Part shown: positions 52,036-59,929 of the stretch, in pieces
How the letters are laid out: each line of letters opens with the position of its first letter
Position numbering within the stretch: position 1 is the first letter of the stretch
Assembly: GCA_963674595.2 (NCBI GenBank)
Contig: CAXXFV010000023.1
Location: 800,001 to 864,000 of the forward strand
Length of the DNA: 64,000 nt
Source of the DNA: a bacterium
GTDB lineage: Bacteria > Zhuqueibacterota > Zhuqueibacteria > Residuimicrobiales > Krinioviventaceae
Direction of reading: 5' to 3'
Made by a program: the position numbers and the translations under genes
The notes under the pieces: model-generated
Seen by the model: the letters and a program-made list of their open reading frames with translations, nothing else
The model's database searches: none
Told to the model about the DNA's origin: nothing

Positions 52036-52347
52036 ATGCGGATAGCTAAAGTAATTGGAAAAGTGGTTTTCAGCAGGAAGCTGGATGAAGTGGTACCAGG
52101 GAATTACCTGGTGGTACGAACCTGCAACCGGGGTACCCTGGCCGGACAGAATGACGGAAACGAGGAAACCCCGGTGATCTATGATTCCCTGGCAGCCCGG
52201 GAAGGCGACCTCGTTGGCATGGTGGAGGGACGGGAGGCCACGGCTCCATTCTATCCTGAAAAAGTTCCTTTTGAATGCTACTGCGCCGCGATCCTGGATA
52301 CGGTGGATTTTGACCCGATACTGCCGCTTTCCATAGAAGAAGAATAA
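52036..52347 (+). CDS. BMC-P pentamer (EutN/CcmL family)
   Basis: MRIAKVIGKV, EGREA.APF and YCAAILD motifs. Confidence 0.92.
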   Translation: MRIAKVIGKVVFSRKLDEVVPGNYLVVRTCNRGTLAGQNDGNEETPVIYDSLAAREGDLVGMVEGREATAPFYPEKVPFECYCAAILDTVDFDPILPLSIEEE

Positions 52348-52423
52348 GGCCGGTTTCATTGACCTGGAAGCCGGTTAATAAAAAGTTTATTTGAAATAAG
52401 GTTAGTTTTGGAGAATTAATAAA

Positions 52424-53398
52424 ATGGTCAGTGAATGGGAAGTAAAAAAAGAAATCTGTGAATTAGGCCGCAGGATGTATATCAACGGCTACGTCGCGGC
52501 CAATGACGGAAACATCAGCTTCCGCATGGGCGACGGAAGGTATCTCTGCACCCCTACCGGTGTATCCAAGGGTTTCCTGAAACCAGGAGACATCGCGGTT
52601 GTGGATGACAAGGGAAAACAGCTGGACGGGCCCCTGCCCCGCACCTCAGAAGTCCTGCTGCACCTGGAGATCTTCCATGAGCTTCCCTGGGTAAACGCGG
52701 TATGCCATGCCCATCCGCCCCATGCCACGGCTTTCGCGGTTTCGGGCATCCCGATTCCAACCGGTATCCTGCCGGAGGTGGAGATCTTCATCGGCCAGGT
52801 CCCCCTGGCGGATTACGAGACCCCCGGCAGCAAGAATTTCGCCGAAACCGTGCTGCCCCATCTCAAGAACAAGGCCAACACCATCCTACTGGCCAACCAT
52901 GGGGCGGTAGCCTGTGACAAAAGTTTATTACAGGCCTATTTCCACCTGGAAACACTCGACATGTACTGCAAGATCCTGCTGCTTTCCAAGCAGGTCGGAA
53001 ACATCAACCGCCTGCCCGGCCAGAAGGTCAAGGAATTGTTAGACATCAAGAGCAGTTTGGGCCTGGAAGACCCCAGGCTCGAATGCACCACCGAACAGTG
53101 CATTCTGGCAGGCAGCGACGAATTTCTAAAGGGATTCTCCTCTTCTCCCATACCCCAGCACAGCACCAGCCCGGACGGGCATGGCCGGGGACTGGGAATC
53201 GAAGGTGAAACCAGTCAAAAGGGAGAGCCCCAGCCCATGCCCAGTAATTCTGTTGGTATTTCAGTTATGGCAGCGGGAAAGCTTTTAGCCGGAAGTGCCA
53301 AGCCCGGCAGCAGCTCCGCCACGGCCCAGCGCCGCGCCCAGGAAGACGAAATCGAACGCGTCGTCCAGCTGGTCACTGACCAGATTGTGGGAGGGTAA
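52424..53398 (+). CDS. Class II aldolase (fuculose/rhamnulose-1-phosphate aldolase-like) with C-terminal encapsulation peptide
   Basis: NDGNIS, TPTGVSKG, TSEVLLH, HAHPPHAT and LANHG motifs; C-terminal EDEIERVVQLVTDQI. Confidence 0.93.
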   Translation: MVSEWEVKKEICELGRRMYINGYVAANDGNISFRMGDGRYLCTPTGVSKGFLKPGDIAVVDDKGKQLDGPLPRTSEVLLHLEIFHELPWVNAVCHAHPPHATAFAVSGIPIPTGILPEVEIFIGQVPLADYETPGSKNFAETVLPHLKNKANTILLANHGAVACDKSLLQAYFHLETLDMYCKILLLSKQVGNINRLPGQKVKELLDIKSSLGLEDPRLECTTEQCILAGSDEFLKGFSSSPIPQHSTSPDGHGRGLGIEGETSQKGEPQPMPSNSVGISVMAAGKLLAGSAKPGSSSATAQRRAQEDEIERVVQLVTDQIVGG

Positions 53399-53526
53399 TT
53401 GCGGGATGGAAGCCCGCTAATCGGAGATTCTAAATTTCAGATTCAAGATAAAATTATCCGGCCTTCCGGCTGGTAAATGTCCCTGATGCCTCCGGATTTT
53501 CAGCCATGTGTGATAGGGGTAGGATG

Positions 53527-53628
53527 TTCAGGGCTGGAAGCCCGACAGGTTTCAGCCCAGGGTGAGCGGCAGCGAACCCTGGGTAAAGAAACAGACCCAA
53601 CGAAGAATAGCCCTGGAAGGGCGGCACA
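53527..53628 (-). repeat. Long REP-like palindromic element
   Basis: ttcagggctggaagccc...agcccaggg...ccctgggt...agccctggaagggcggcaca, a near reverse complement of 3009-3112. Confidence 0.78.
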
Positions 53629-53836
53629 AATCTAGAATTAAAATCACAATTGTTGTCATTCGACATCTTCACTCCCCACTTCTTATGTCAGTGTTCTCAG
53701 TTTTAATGTCGGACCTTCAGCCCTCCACATATTTTGTGAAGTTCCGTTTTACCCAGGGTTACGCCCTGGGCTGATATGTTTTGACCTGTCAAGTTAATAG
53801 ATAATGCTGTTAAAAAATATTTTATTTAAACAATAT

Positions 53837-54040
53837 ATCTTGAATCAGGGCGGGACCAGGCATTTTGCGATTGTGACTCATGCTGATATACGTGGATTGG
53901 TTACCGACCTGACTTAAATGCGTCGCGGAGCTTGCCTATATCTATTAACAGGGATCATCAACAAGAAACGTCCAGTTGATGCCGATTTAGCCCAGGACTA
54001 GGGTTCTCCTCGCTGGCCTGATCCCAGCCTGATTCAAGAT
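53837..54040 (-). ncRNA. Putative bridge/seek RNA of the IS1111-type element
   Basis: Closed by a 25-nt imperfect inverted repeat (53837-61 / 54016-40); internal segments match the target (CCUGGGCUA, UAAUAG) and donor junction (AUAUCAG). Confidence 0.75.
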
Positions 54041-54106
54041 GTCTTCCTCCTCTTTACTTGTATTGTTTGTTGTAGTTTATTTGTTCAACATTGTGGTGAA
54101 ACTGTT

Positions 54107-55297
54107 TTAATGGGACTGTTGCAGTTTAGGCATTTCATGACGGGTAATATCCCAGATAAAGCCCAGCAACTCACGGGCAATGGCTACAACCGTTATTTTA
54201 GAATCCTTTCCGGCCATAATCAGATACCGGAATCGTCCGCACAATCTCTTTTGAGCCTTCCACGAAATACTTCTGGCCTCATCAGAAGCTTGAGCCGCTT
54301 TGCTTTTAATATGTTTTGTCTGGCGCGCTGCAAAACGATAAGTCCAGGAAGATTGGGTAAGCACTCTGCGCACATGAGAGTTCCCTGTTCTGGTGATTTT
54401 TCCCATGTGTGTTTTGTCTCCCGTAGAATGGACCATGGGCACCAATCCAACGAAGGACATCAGCTGTGAGGGAGAATCAAAGCGGGTGATGTCGCCCAGT
54501 TCTGCCAGTATGACAATAGCCGTCAGCTTGTGGACACCCCTAAGAGCCATAAGGGAATACACCACCGGCGCTAATGACCATTGCGGAAGCAGCATTTCTA
54601 TTTGTGCCATGATGTCGGCAACCCTTTTGGTGGCTGCTTTTACTGCGTCAATGTATTCCTGCAGGGCTACTTGCTGCCAGTGATGAGGAAATTTCAGGGA
54701 TTCCATCCAGTTCAAGTGAGTCTTGTTCCATCGTTGTTTGCCGGAGGGATAGTAATGGCCATGTCGGAGCACGAAACTGTTGAGCTGATGGCGGGCTTTG
54801 CTCTCTTGAGCCTTGAAGTCTTCTCGGGCCCGTACCAGATCCCGCATAGCTTCCTGTTCCTCATCAGGCACCCATACAGCTTTAAGATCACCGCTGCGTA
54901 AATAATGAGCCAGTTTACATGCGTCTCGTCGGTCTGTTTTAATGCGATCTCCCGGCCTGTTGGGAATCATGGAAGGCGCGATTACCTGACAGTCATGCCC
55001 TGAGTCCAGTATCTGACGATGAAGAGCGTAACCGCAGGGACCGGCCTCATAACAGAATAACAATACCTCGCCTGCGAATTCAGTGGTGAGCTGCTTGATC
55101 AGTTTTTCCACACTCTTAGGTTTGTTGGCAATTTCTCTCCTGAACTCTGGTTCCTCTCTTCCAGATCTGGCTACTGCAACTGCGATGGTTTGACTGTGTA
55201 CATCAAGACCAATATAAGCCGGATAGCTCACTGATTCTTCTGCCTTTGTTGTTGACCTTGTTTTGCTTTTGCTGCTTTCTGAGTTACAATTTTTCAT
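54107..55297 (-). CDS. IS110 family recombinase/transposase
   Basis: DEDD RuvC-like residues in GLDVH, YEAGP and KTDRRDA; FVGLVP..HSTG Tnp motif with catalytic Ser; VVAIAREL. Confidence 0.96.
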   Translation of the reverse strand: MKNCNSESSKSKTRSTTKAEESVSYPAYIGLDVHSQTIAVAVARSGREEPEFRREIANKPKSVEKLIKQLTTEFAGEVLLFCYEAGPCGYALHRQILDSGHDCQVIAPSMIPNRPGDRIKTDRRDACKLAHYLRSGDLKAVWVPDEEQEAMRDLVRAREDFKAQESKARHQLNSFVLRHGHYYPSGKQRWNKTHLNWMESLKFPHHWQQVALQEYIDAVKAATKRVADIMAQIEMLLPQWSLAPVVYSLMALRGVHKLTAIVILAELGDITRFDSPSQLMSFVGLVPMVHSTGDKTHMGKITRTGNSHVRRVLTQSSWTYRFAARQTKHIKSKAAQASDEARSISWKAQKRLCGRFRYLIMAGKDSKITVVAIARELLGFIWDITRHEMPKLQQSH

Positions 55298-55481
55298 GAC
55301 CTGTCCTTTCTATTATTTGTGGCGCTGTGCCAGTTAGTTATCTTTAACCAGCATAATCCACGTAGATTAAATAGGACAGGTCAAATCATTATGTCTATTA
55401 TCCCGAGCCCAAAGGCTCGGGATTTTCCGGACCTCCGGCCCGGACTTGTGGATACCGTCTGGCGGCGGTGCTTATGCAATT

Positions 55482-55605
55482 GCCGGTCAGGAGACCGGCG
55501 TGGGAATAGTTACAGGTCCCAGGGGACAGGTTACAAACTCCCGCTACCCGCAACATGCTGCCTGTAACAGCCGGTCATCAGACCGGCGCAAAGAGACCGG
55601 CGTTC
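55482..55605. repeat. Short GCCGGTC-N-GACCGGCG palindromes (another REP-like family)
   Basis: gccggtcaggagaccggcg at 55482; gccggtcatcagaccggcg...gagaccggcgttcc at 55570. Confidence 0.6.
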
Positions 55606-55635
55606 CACACAGGGATGTTTCTGCCCGGTAGGCCT

Positions 55636-56523
55636 TCACAACCGTTTGCTGCTGCCGAACCTGTCCATCACCTCCTGATAATTGATAACAAACTCCGAAA
55701 TATCACGTGAATGGACTTTTTTATAGTAAGCTCCTGTCTCCAGCGCGGCCTCTATTTCCTGTTTCGAAATTTCTATGCCAAGAATTTCAAAAAAGCGATT
55801 GAAATACTGGTACTTGTCCTCAAGAAAGTCTTCATAGAACAAGGGAAAGGCATCGATTCCTTTAGATCTGAACTCTTCCATCAGGCGGTTCTTTCTCGCC
55901 AACATCATCTCCGATTGCGCAAAAATTTTCTCCAGCCGATCACAATCAACATGGATTTTCCCTATATCTTCCCTGCTGATCTTTCCGCTGGCAAGATCAA
56001 ACTGCATATGCCCGGGACGGCAACTCCCGTCACCGTGATACTTGGAGAGGCTCCACCTCAACAGGTCCTGGCGAAAGGCAACAAACACAACAGGATTATT
56101 CTTTTGTAAAACTTCCAGCATCATCCTCCTGAAAGAACGGTTCCTGGATTTCCTGAAAGCCTTTGATGCCCAATTATTCCAGGAGTCGAAACCAAGCGTT
56201 TCCGCAATGCGATTACCGGGAGGCTTGAACCTCATCTTGAAGCCGACGGAGCAGTTCCTATTGGTCTCCTCCAAAGGTTTCAAAGACGTTTTCGTATAGA
56301 TTCGATTCAGCCTGGCAAAATCTATTTCTTGTCCGCTTAACACGATATCGAGGCATTTTTTAAGATTGCGAATAGATATGGGGCCGCATTCATGCCGGTC
56401 GAAAGGCTCCAGGGCGCCCCCTCCCTCATGATGGAGTACCGAAACCCGGTCAAAATTATCCAGCAGCTTCATAAGAGGGCTGGTTCCCTCCTTGCCGATA
56501 AAAAATATAATAAAATTCCTCAT
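55636..56523 (-). CDS. Hypothetical protein, sulfotransferase-like (Stf0-like) fold
   Basis: GKEGTSPLMKLL loop, EPF, VGFKM, FRQDLLRWSLS and FYEDF pattern. Confidence 0.55.
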   Translation of the reverse strand: MRNFIIFFIGKEGTSPLMKLLDNFDRVSVLHHEGGGALEPFDRHECGPISIRNLKKCLDIVLSGQEIDFARLNRIYTKTSLKPLEETNRNCSVGFKMRFKPPGNRIAETLGFDSWNNWASKAFRKSRNRSFRRMMLEVLQKNNPVVFVAFRQDLLRWSLSKYHGDGSCRPGHMQFDLASGKISREDIGKIHVDCDRLEKIFAQSEMMLARKNRLMEEFRSKGIDAFPLFYEDFLEDKYQYFNRFFEILGIEISKQEIEAALETGAYYKKVHSRDISEFVINYQEVMDRFGSSKRL

Positions 56524-56675
56524 ATCCACTCATCCAGGCTTGGCCGATAACAAATCCTTTGCTTTAAATAGAGCTCGGGAGGCTGCAGATTCATGAATCG
56601 CCCCTACAATAGACGAAAAATCCCACCCGTTTTCCCCTTCAATCTTAAATATTGAGTTAGCGCGCCTCAGGCCGG

Positions 56676-58091
56676 CTACATGTTTCGGTAAAAGAACCGG
56701 CACATCTTCCGGAGGAAGGGGCTTTTCATTTTTTCCATCATCCAGGTTTCGGCCACCCGCTTGCTGAGAAATCCCATGGTAGGGAATGAATGGGCCAGGA
56801 AAAGAATGCTGAGCAGGCTTATTTTCTTCTGGATAACCAGGGCCCACTCGTTAATCATTTCACCGGAGCCTTCTCCTACGATGCCAACACCGAAAACCCT
56901 GCCAAAATAATTGGCATGAACCTTCACCCAGCCGATGCCGACGTTTTCAGCAATCGCGGCGCCGTAGTCTTCATACTTCACGGTAATGGTCTGGTACTTG
57001 ATACCCTTTTTCTTGAGCTCCCCTTCCCTCATTCCCACATAGGAAACCTGGGGTTCTGTGAACACAGTCCACGGAATCACGTAATTTTTATACCGAAACA
57101 TCGCGAAGGGGCTCACCGCATTCATCAAGGCGAACATGCCCTGGTGCATGGCAGCATGAGATAGCAGGATCCCGTTGTTACAATCTCCAACCGCGTATAT
57201 ATGTTTAACAGATGTCCTGTATATGCCGTCCACCAGGATACCCTTGTTATCGTATTTAACGCCGGCGTTGTCGAGTGCCAATTCACTGAGATCTACTCTT
57301 CTCCCTGCTGAAATGAGCAGCTTTTCTCCTTTAAGACGAATTCCATCATCAGTATACAGGCAGATTTCATCTCCCTCTTTAGTAACGCTTACCAGTCTTT
57401 TAGAATTGTGGACCTCTATGCCTTCCTTCCGGAAAACATCTTCCAGCAAATCTCCTGCTTCCCGGTTGCCATTGGGAAGGAGATAATTGTCCATATGGAC
57501 TATGGTGCATTTGCAGCCCAGCCGGGTGAAGGCCTGGGCCATTTCACACCCGATGGCTCCGCCGCCGATTATAATCATGCTCCGGGGAATTTCATCCTGG
57601 CTGAAAACATTCTTGTTCGTCAGGAAATCAATATCTGAAATGCCGTCAATACGGGGCACCTGTGGCTCAGTCCCGGAAGCGATAAAAATCCTCTGGGCCG
57701 TAATAGTCTTCCCATTCACAGTTACCGTGTGGGGATCAATAAAACTTGCCGGGCCTTTACCGAGAATCAGATGCACTTTTTCAAACATCTTCAACGTTTT
57801 TTTGCTTGAAATATACTCCAGGTATTCGGATATTCTCGGAAAGGGAACCCTGATTTCCGGTTTTGCAGCCTCATCCAGCAGGCCCATTTCTTTCAGCTTC
57901 AGCTGCGCGGTGCAGAATTCGGAAATCTTCAGCAGGGATTTACTGGGGATGCACCCGATATTCATGCATTCTCCGCCGATTTTATTTTTTTCAATCGTAC
58001 AGACCTTTAGTCCCATCTCCGCTCCCATCGCGGAAACAGCCATGCCTGCTGGGCCTAACCCTATACAAATCAAATCAAATTCATATTTCAT
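56676..58091 (-). CDS. Pyridine nucleotide-disulfide oxidoreductase (LpdA/MerA-like)
   Basis: GLGPAG, GGECMNIGCIPSK, GGGAIG, YAVGDC and HSFPT motifs; no MerA C-terminal CC. Confidence 0.88.
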   Translation of the reverse strand: MKYEFDLICIGLGPAGMAVSAMGAEMGLKVCTIEKNKIGGECMNIGCIPSKSLLKISEFCTAQLKLKEMGLLDEAAKPEIRVPFPRISEYLEYISSKKTLKMFEKVHLILGKGPASFIDPHTVTVNGKTITAQRIFIASGTEPQVPRIDGISDIDFLTNKNVFSQDEIPRSMIIIGGGAIGCEMAQAFTRLGCKCTIVHMDNYLLPNGNREAGDLLEDVFRKEGIEVHNSKRLVSVTKEGDEICLYTDDGIRLKGEKLLISAGRRVDLSELALDNAGVKYDNKGILVDGIYRTSVKHIYAVGDCNNGILLSHAAMHQGMFALMNAVSPFAMFRYKNYVIPWTVFTEPQVSYVGMREGELKKKGIKYQTITVKYEDYGAAIAENVGIGWVKVHANYFGRVFGVGIVGEGSGEMINEWALVIQKKISLLSILFLAHSFPTMGFLSKRVAETWMMEKMKSPFLRKMCRFFYRNM

Positions 58092-58245
58092 ATTTTTTTC
58101 CCGGCCTGATTCACACAGCAAACATTAATACTTGTAACACAGATAAGATTACTACAAAAGCTGTACCAAAGTGATTGAAGATTCTAGGAAGGGGTATCGG
58201 GGATAAAGCAATTTAGGGCAGTTCAGCCTGGGGAGGAAAACTCAC

Positions 58246-58272
58246 GGAGGCGGATCGGGATGATCCGCCCCC
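58246..58272 (-). terminator. Hairpin downstream of the DEAD-box helicase
   Basis: ggaggcggatc-gggat-gatccgccccc, followed on the minus strand by gtgagttttcc. Confidence 0.55.
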
Positions 58273-58301
58273 TGGAAACTTAATCTCTGGACGAAGGTCG
58301 T

Positions 58302-59642
58302 CTAGCGACGGCCGCTGGAACGTCTTTTGCCGCGAGGGGAAAAACTTCCCTCCGAGCGTCCGCCGAACCTTCCACCGCCTCCGGCACCGCGGCCGAAATT
58401 TTTCGGGGCAGCCTTGAGGGACCGGAATGCGTCTTCGGAATGATATTTATGATCCATCTCAGCTGGAACAGATTCGCCCAACAAGCGTTCTATGTCCCGC
58501 AGATAGGACCGGTCCTCAGCGCAGCAGAACGAAATAGCGTCTCCGTTAGCCCCTGCCCGGGCGGTGCGCCCGATACGGTGTACGTAGGTTTCTGCCTCTA
58601 CCGGAAGATCATAGTTGATTACATGGGTGATGTCGTCCACATCCAGTCCGCGCGCCGCTACATCGGTAGCAACCAGAAATTTAAAACTGCCCTTCCTGAA
58701 ACCATCCAGAGCCTTGGTTCTCATAGCCTGGCTCTTGTTCCCGTGGATAGCAGTGCCGTTAATGCCCGCTTCGTTCAACTTTTGCACTACCTTATTGGCG
58801 GAATGCTTCATCTGGGTAAAAATAATGGCTTTACTGACATGAGGATCACTTAGCATGGAGATCAGCAAGGCATCCTTATTCTTTTTCTCTACAAACAGCA
58901 CCTTCTGGGCGATAGTATCCAAGGTGGGACGGTCATGGGTGATAGTTATCCGCACCGGATTGCGAACCATGGTGTGCGCCAGAGCAACCATTTTCGGGGC
59001 CATGGTGGCCGAAAAAAACAGGGTCTGACGGTCTTGCGGAACCTGGGTCAAAACTTTCTTGATGTCGGGTATGAAACCCATGTCAAGCATCCGGTCACCC
59101 TCGTCAAGGATGAATACCTCCACCTCATTCAGGTGTATGTATTTCTGCTCCATCAGGTCTAGCAGCCGGCCGGGAGTAGCTATGAGAATATCAACCCCGC
59201 GTCTCAGGGCATTTACCTGGCGGGCCTGATTTACTCCGCCGAAAATAACAGTATGGCTGAGGCTCAGGTAGCGCCCATAAGTCTTAATGCTCTCGCCGAT
59301 CTGCGCCGCGAGTTCGCGGGTAGGGGCAAGAATCAGGGCCCTGGGAGTTCCAGGCCGGGGCCGGGGATAATTTCCGGACAGCCTCTGTAAAAGAGGCAGG
59401 GCAAACGCTGCGGTCTTGCCGGTTCCGGTCTGGGCGCATCCCAGAAGGTCACGTCCCTCCAGCAGGTGCGGAATGCACTTCTCCTGGATGGGCGTGGGTG
59501 TATCGTAACCCTCAGCAGCCACAGCTTTCTGAAGCTCCGGGATCAGGGTGCTGAAAGCACCTTGCGGAATCTGGGTATGCAACTGCAGGGTAGAATGGTC
59601 TGTACGCGTGCTCGGCACACGTGATTGTGCTAATTCTTTCAT
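58302..59642 (-). CDS. DEAD-box RNA helicase (RhlE-like)
   Basis: AQTGTGKT, PTRELA, TPGRLLD, DEGD, SAT and HRIGRTAR motifs; RG-rich tail. Confidence 0.93.
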   Translation of the reverse strand: MKELAQSRVPSTRTDHSTLQLHTQIPQGAFSTLIPELQKAVAAEGYDTPTPIQEKCIPHLLEGRDLLGCAQTGTGKTAAFALPLLQRLSGNYPRPRPGTPRALILAPTRELAAQIGESIKTYGRYLSLSHTVIFGGVNQARQVNALRRGVDILIATPGRLLDLMEQKYIHLNEVEVFILDEGDRMLDMGFIPDIKKVLTQVPQDRQTLFFSATMAPKMVALAHTMVRNPVRITITHDRPTLDTIAQKVLFVEKKNKDALLISMLSDPHVSKAIIFTQMKHSANKVVQKLNEAGINGTAIHGNKSQAMRTKALDGFRKGSFKFLVATDVAARGLDVDDITHVINYDLPVEAETYVHRIGRTARAGANGDAISFCCAEDRSYLRDIERLLGESVPAEMDHKYHSEDAFRSLKAAPKNFGRGAGGGGRFGGRSEGSFSPRGKRRSSGRR

Positions 59643-59837
59643 TTTTTTCCAAGTCCGGGGTTCTACAAATCTCTACCCGCCGGACACGTGGAAAAGAAAA
59701 GACCGCAACAATCGCGGCAATTTGATTATCCCTGCTCTAATGGCCGGGATTTATGGTTTGATATTGATAAGAAATCACTCCTTAAAGGTCTGGACACATG
59801 TCACTAAAACCTTCATAAGAGAGATTCTATAGGCCGC

Positions 59838-59866
59838 ATTATACAGATACAGGCCAGGGAATACAA
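59838..59866 (-). promoter_or_regulatory. Sigma70-type promoter for the helicase
   Basis: TTGTAT-17 nt-TATAAT on the minus strand, implying a leader of about 190 nt. Confidence 0.55.
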
Positions 59867-59929
59867 ACCAGGTACAACCTGAAGGTGCCGCCAGCAGTAG
59901 ATTCTGGCCTTAACGCGACCTGAAGCCTG

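Larger units (their letters stand above)
53771..55396 (-). mobile_element. IS110-family insertion sequence, IS1111 type, inserted in a REP-like element
   Basis: CT core at both ends (53771-72, 55395-96); subterminal inverted repeat TTTGACCTGTC (53780-90) / GACAGGTCAAA (55375-85); long 3' non-coding end; flanks rejoin as ccctggg-CT-attatccc. Confidence 0.88.

Noticed and set aside
43052-53398. PDU, EUT or GRM microcompartment call based on PduS/T/L
   Set aside because: No diol dehydratase, ethanolamine ammonia-lyase or glycyl-radical enzyme; the aldolase and gene order fit the PVM type.
56676-58091. Mercuric reductase call
   Set aside because: No C-terminal Cys-Cys pair, no NmerA domain and no mer genes nearby.
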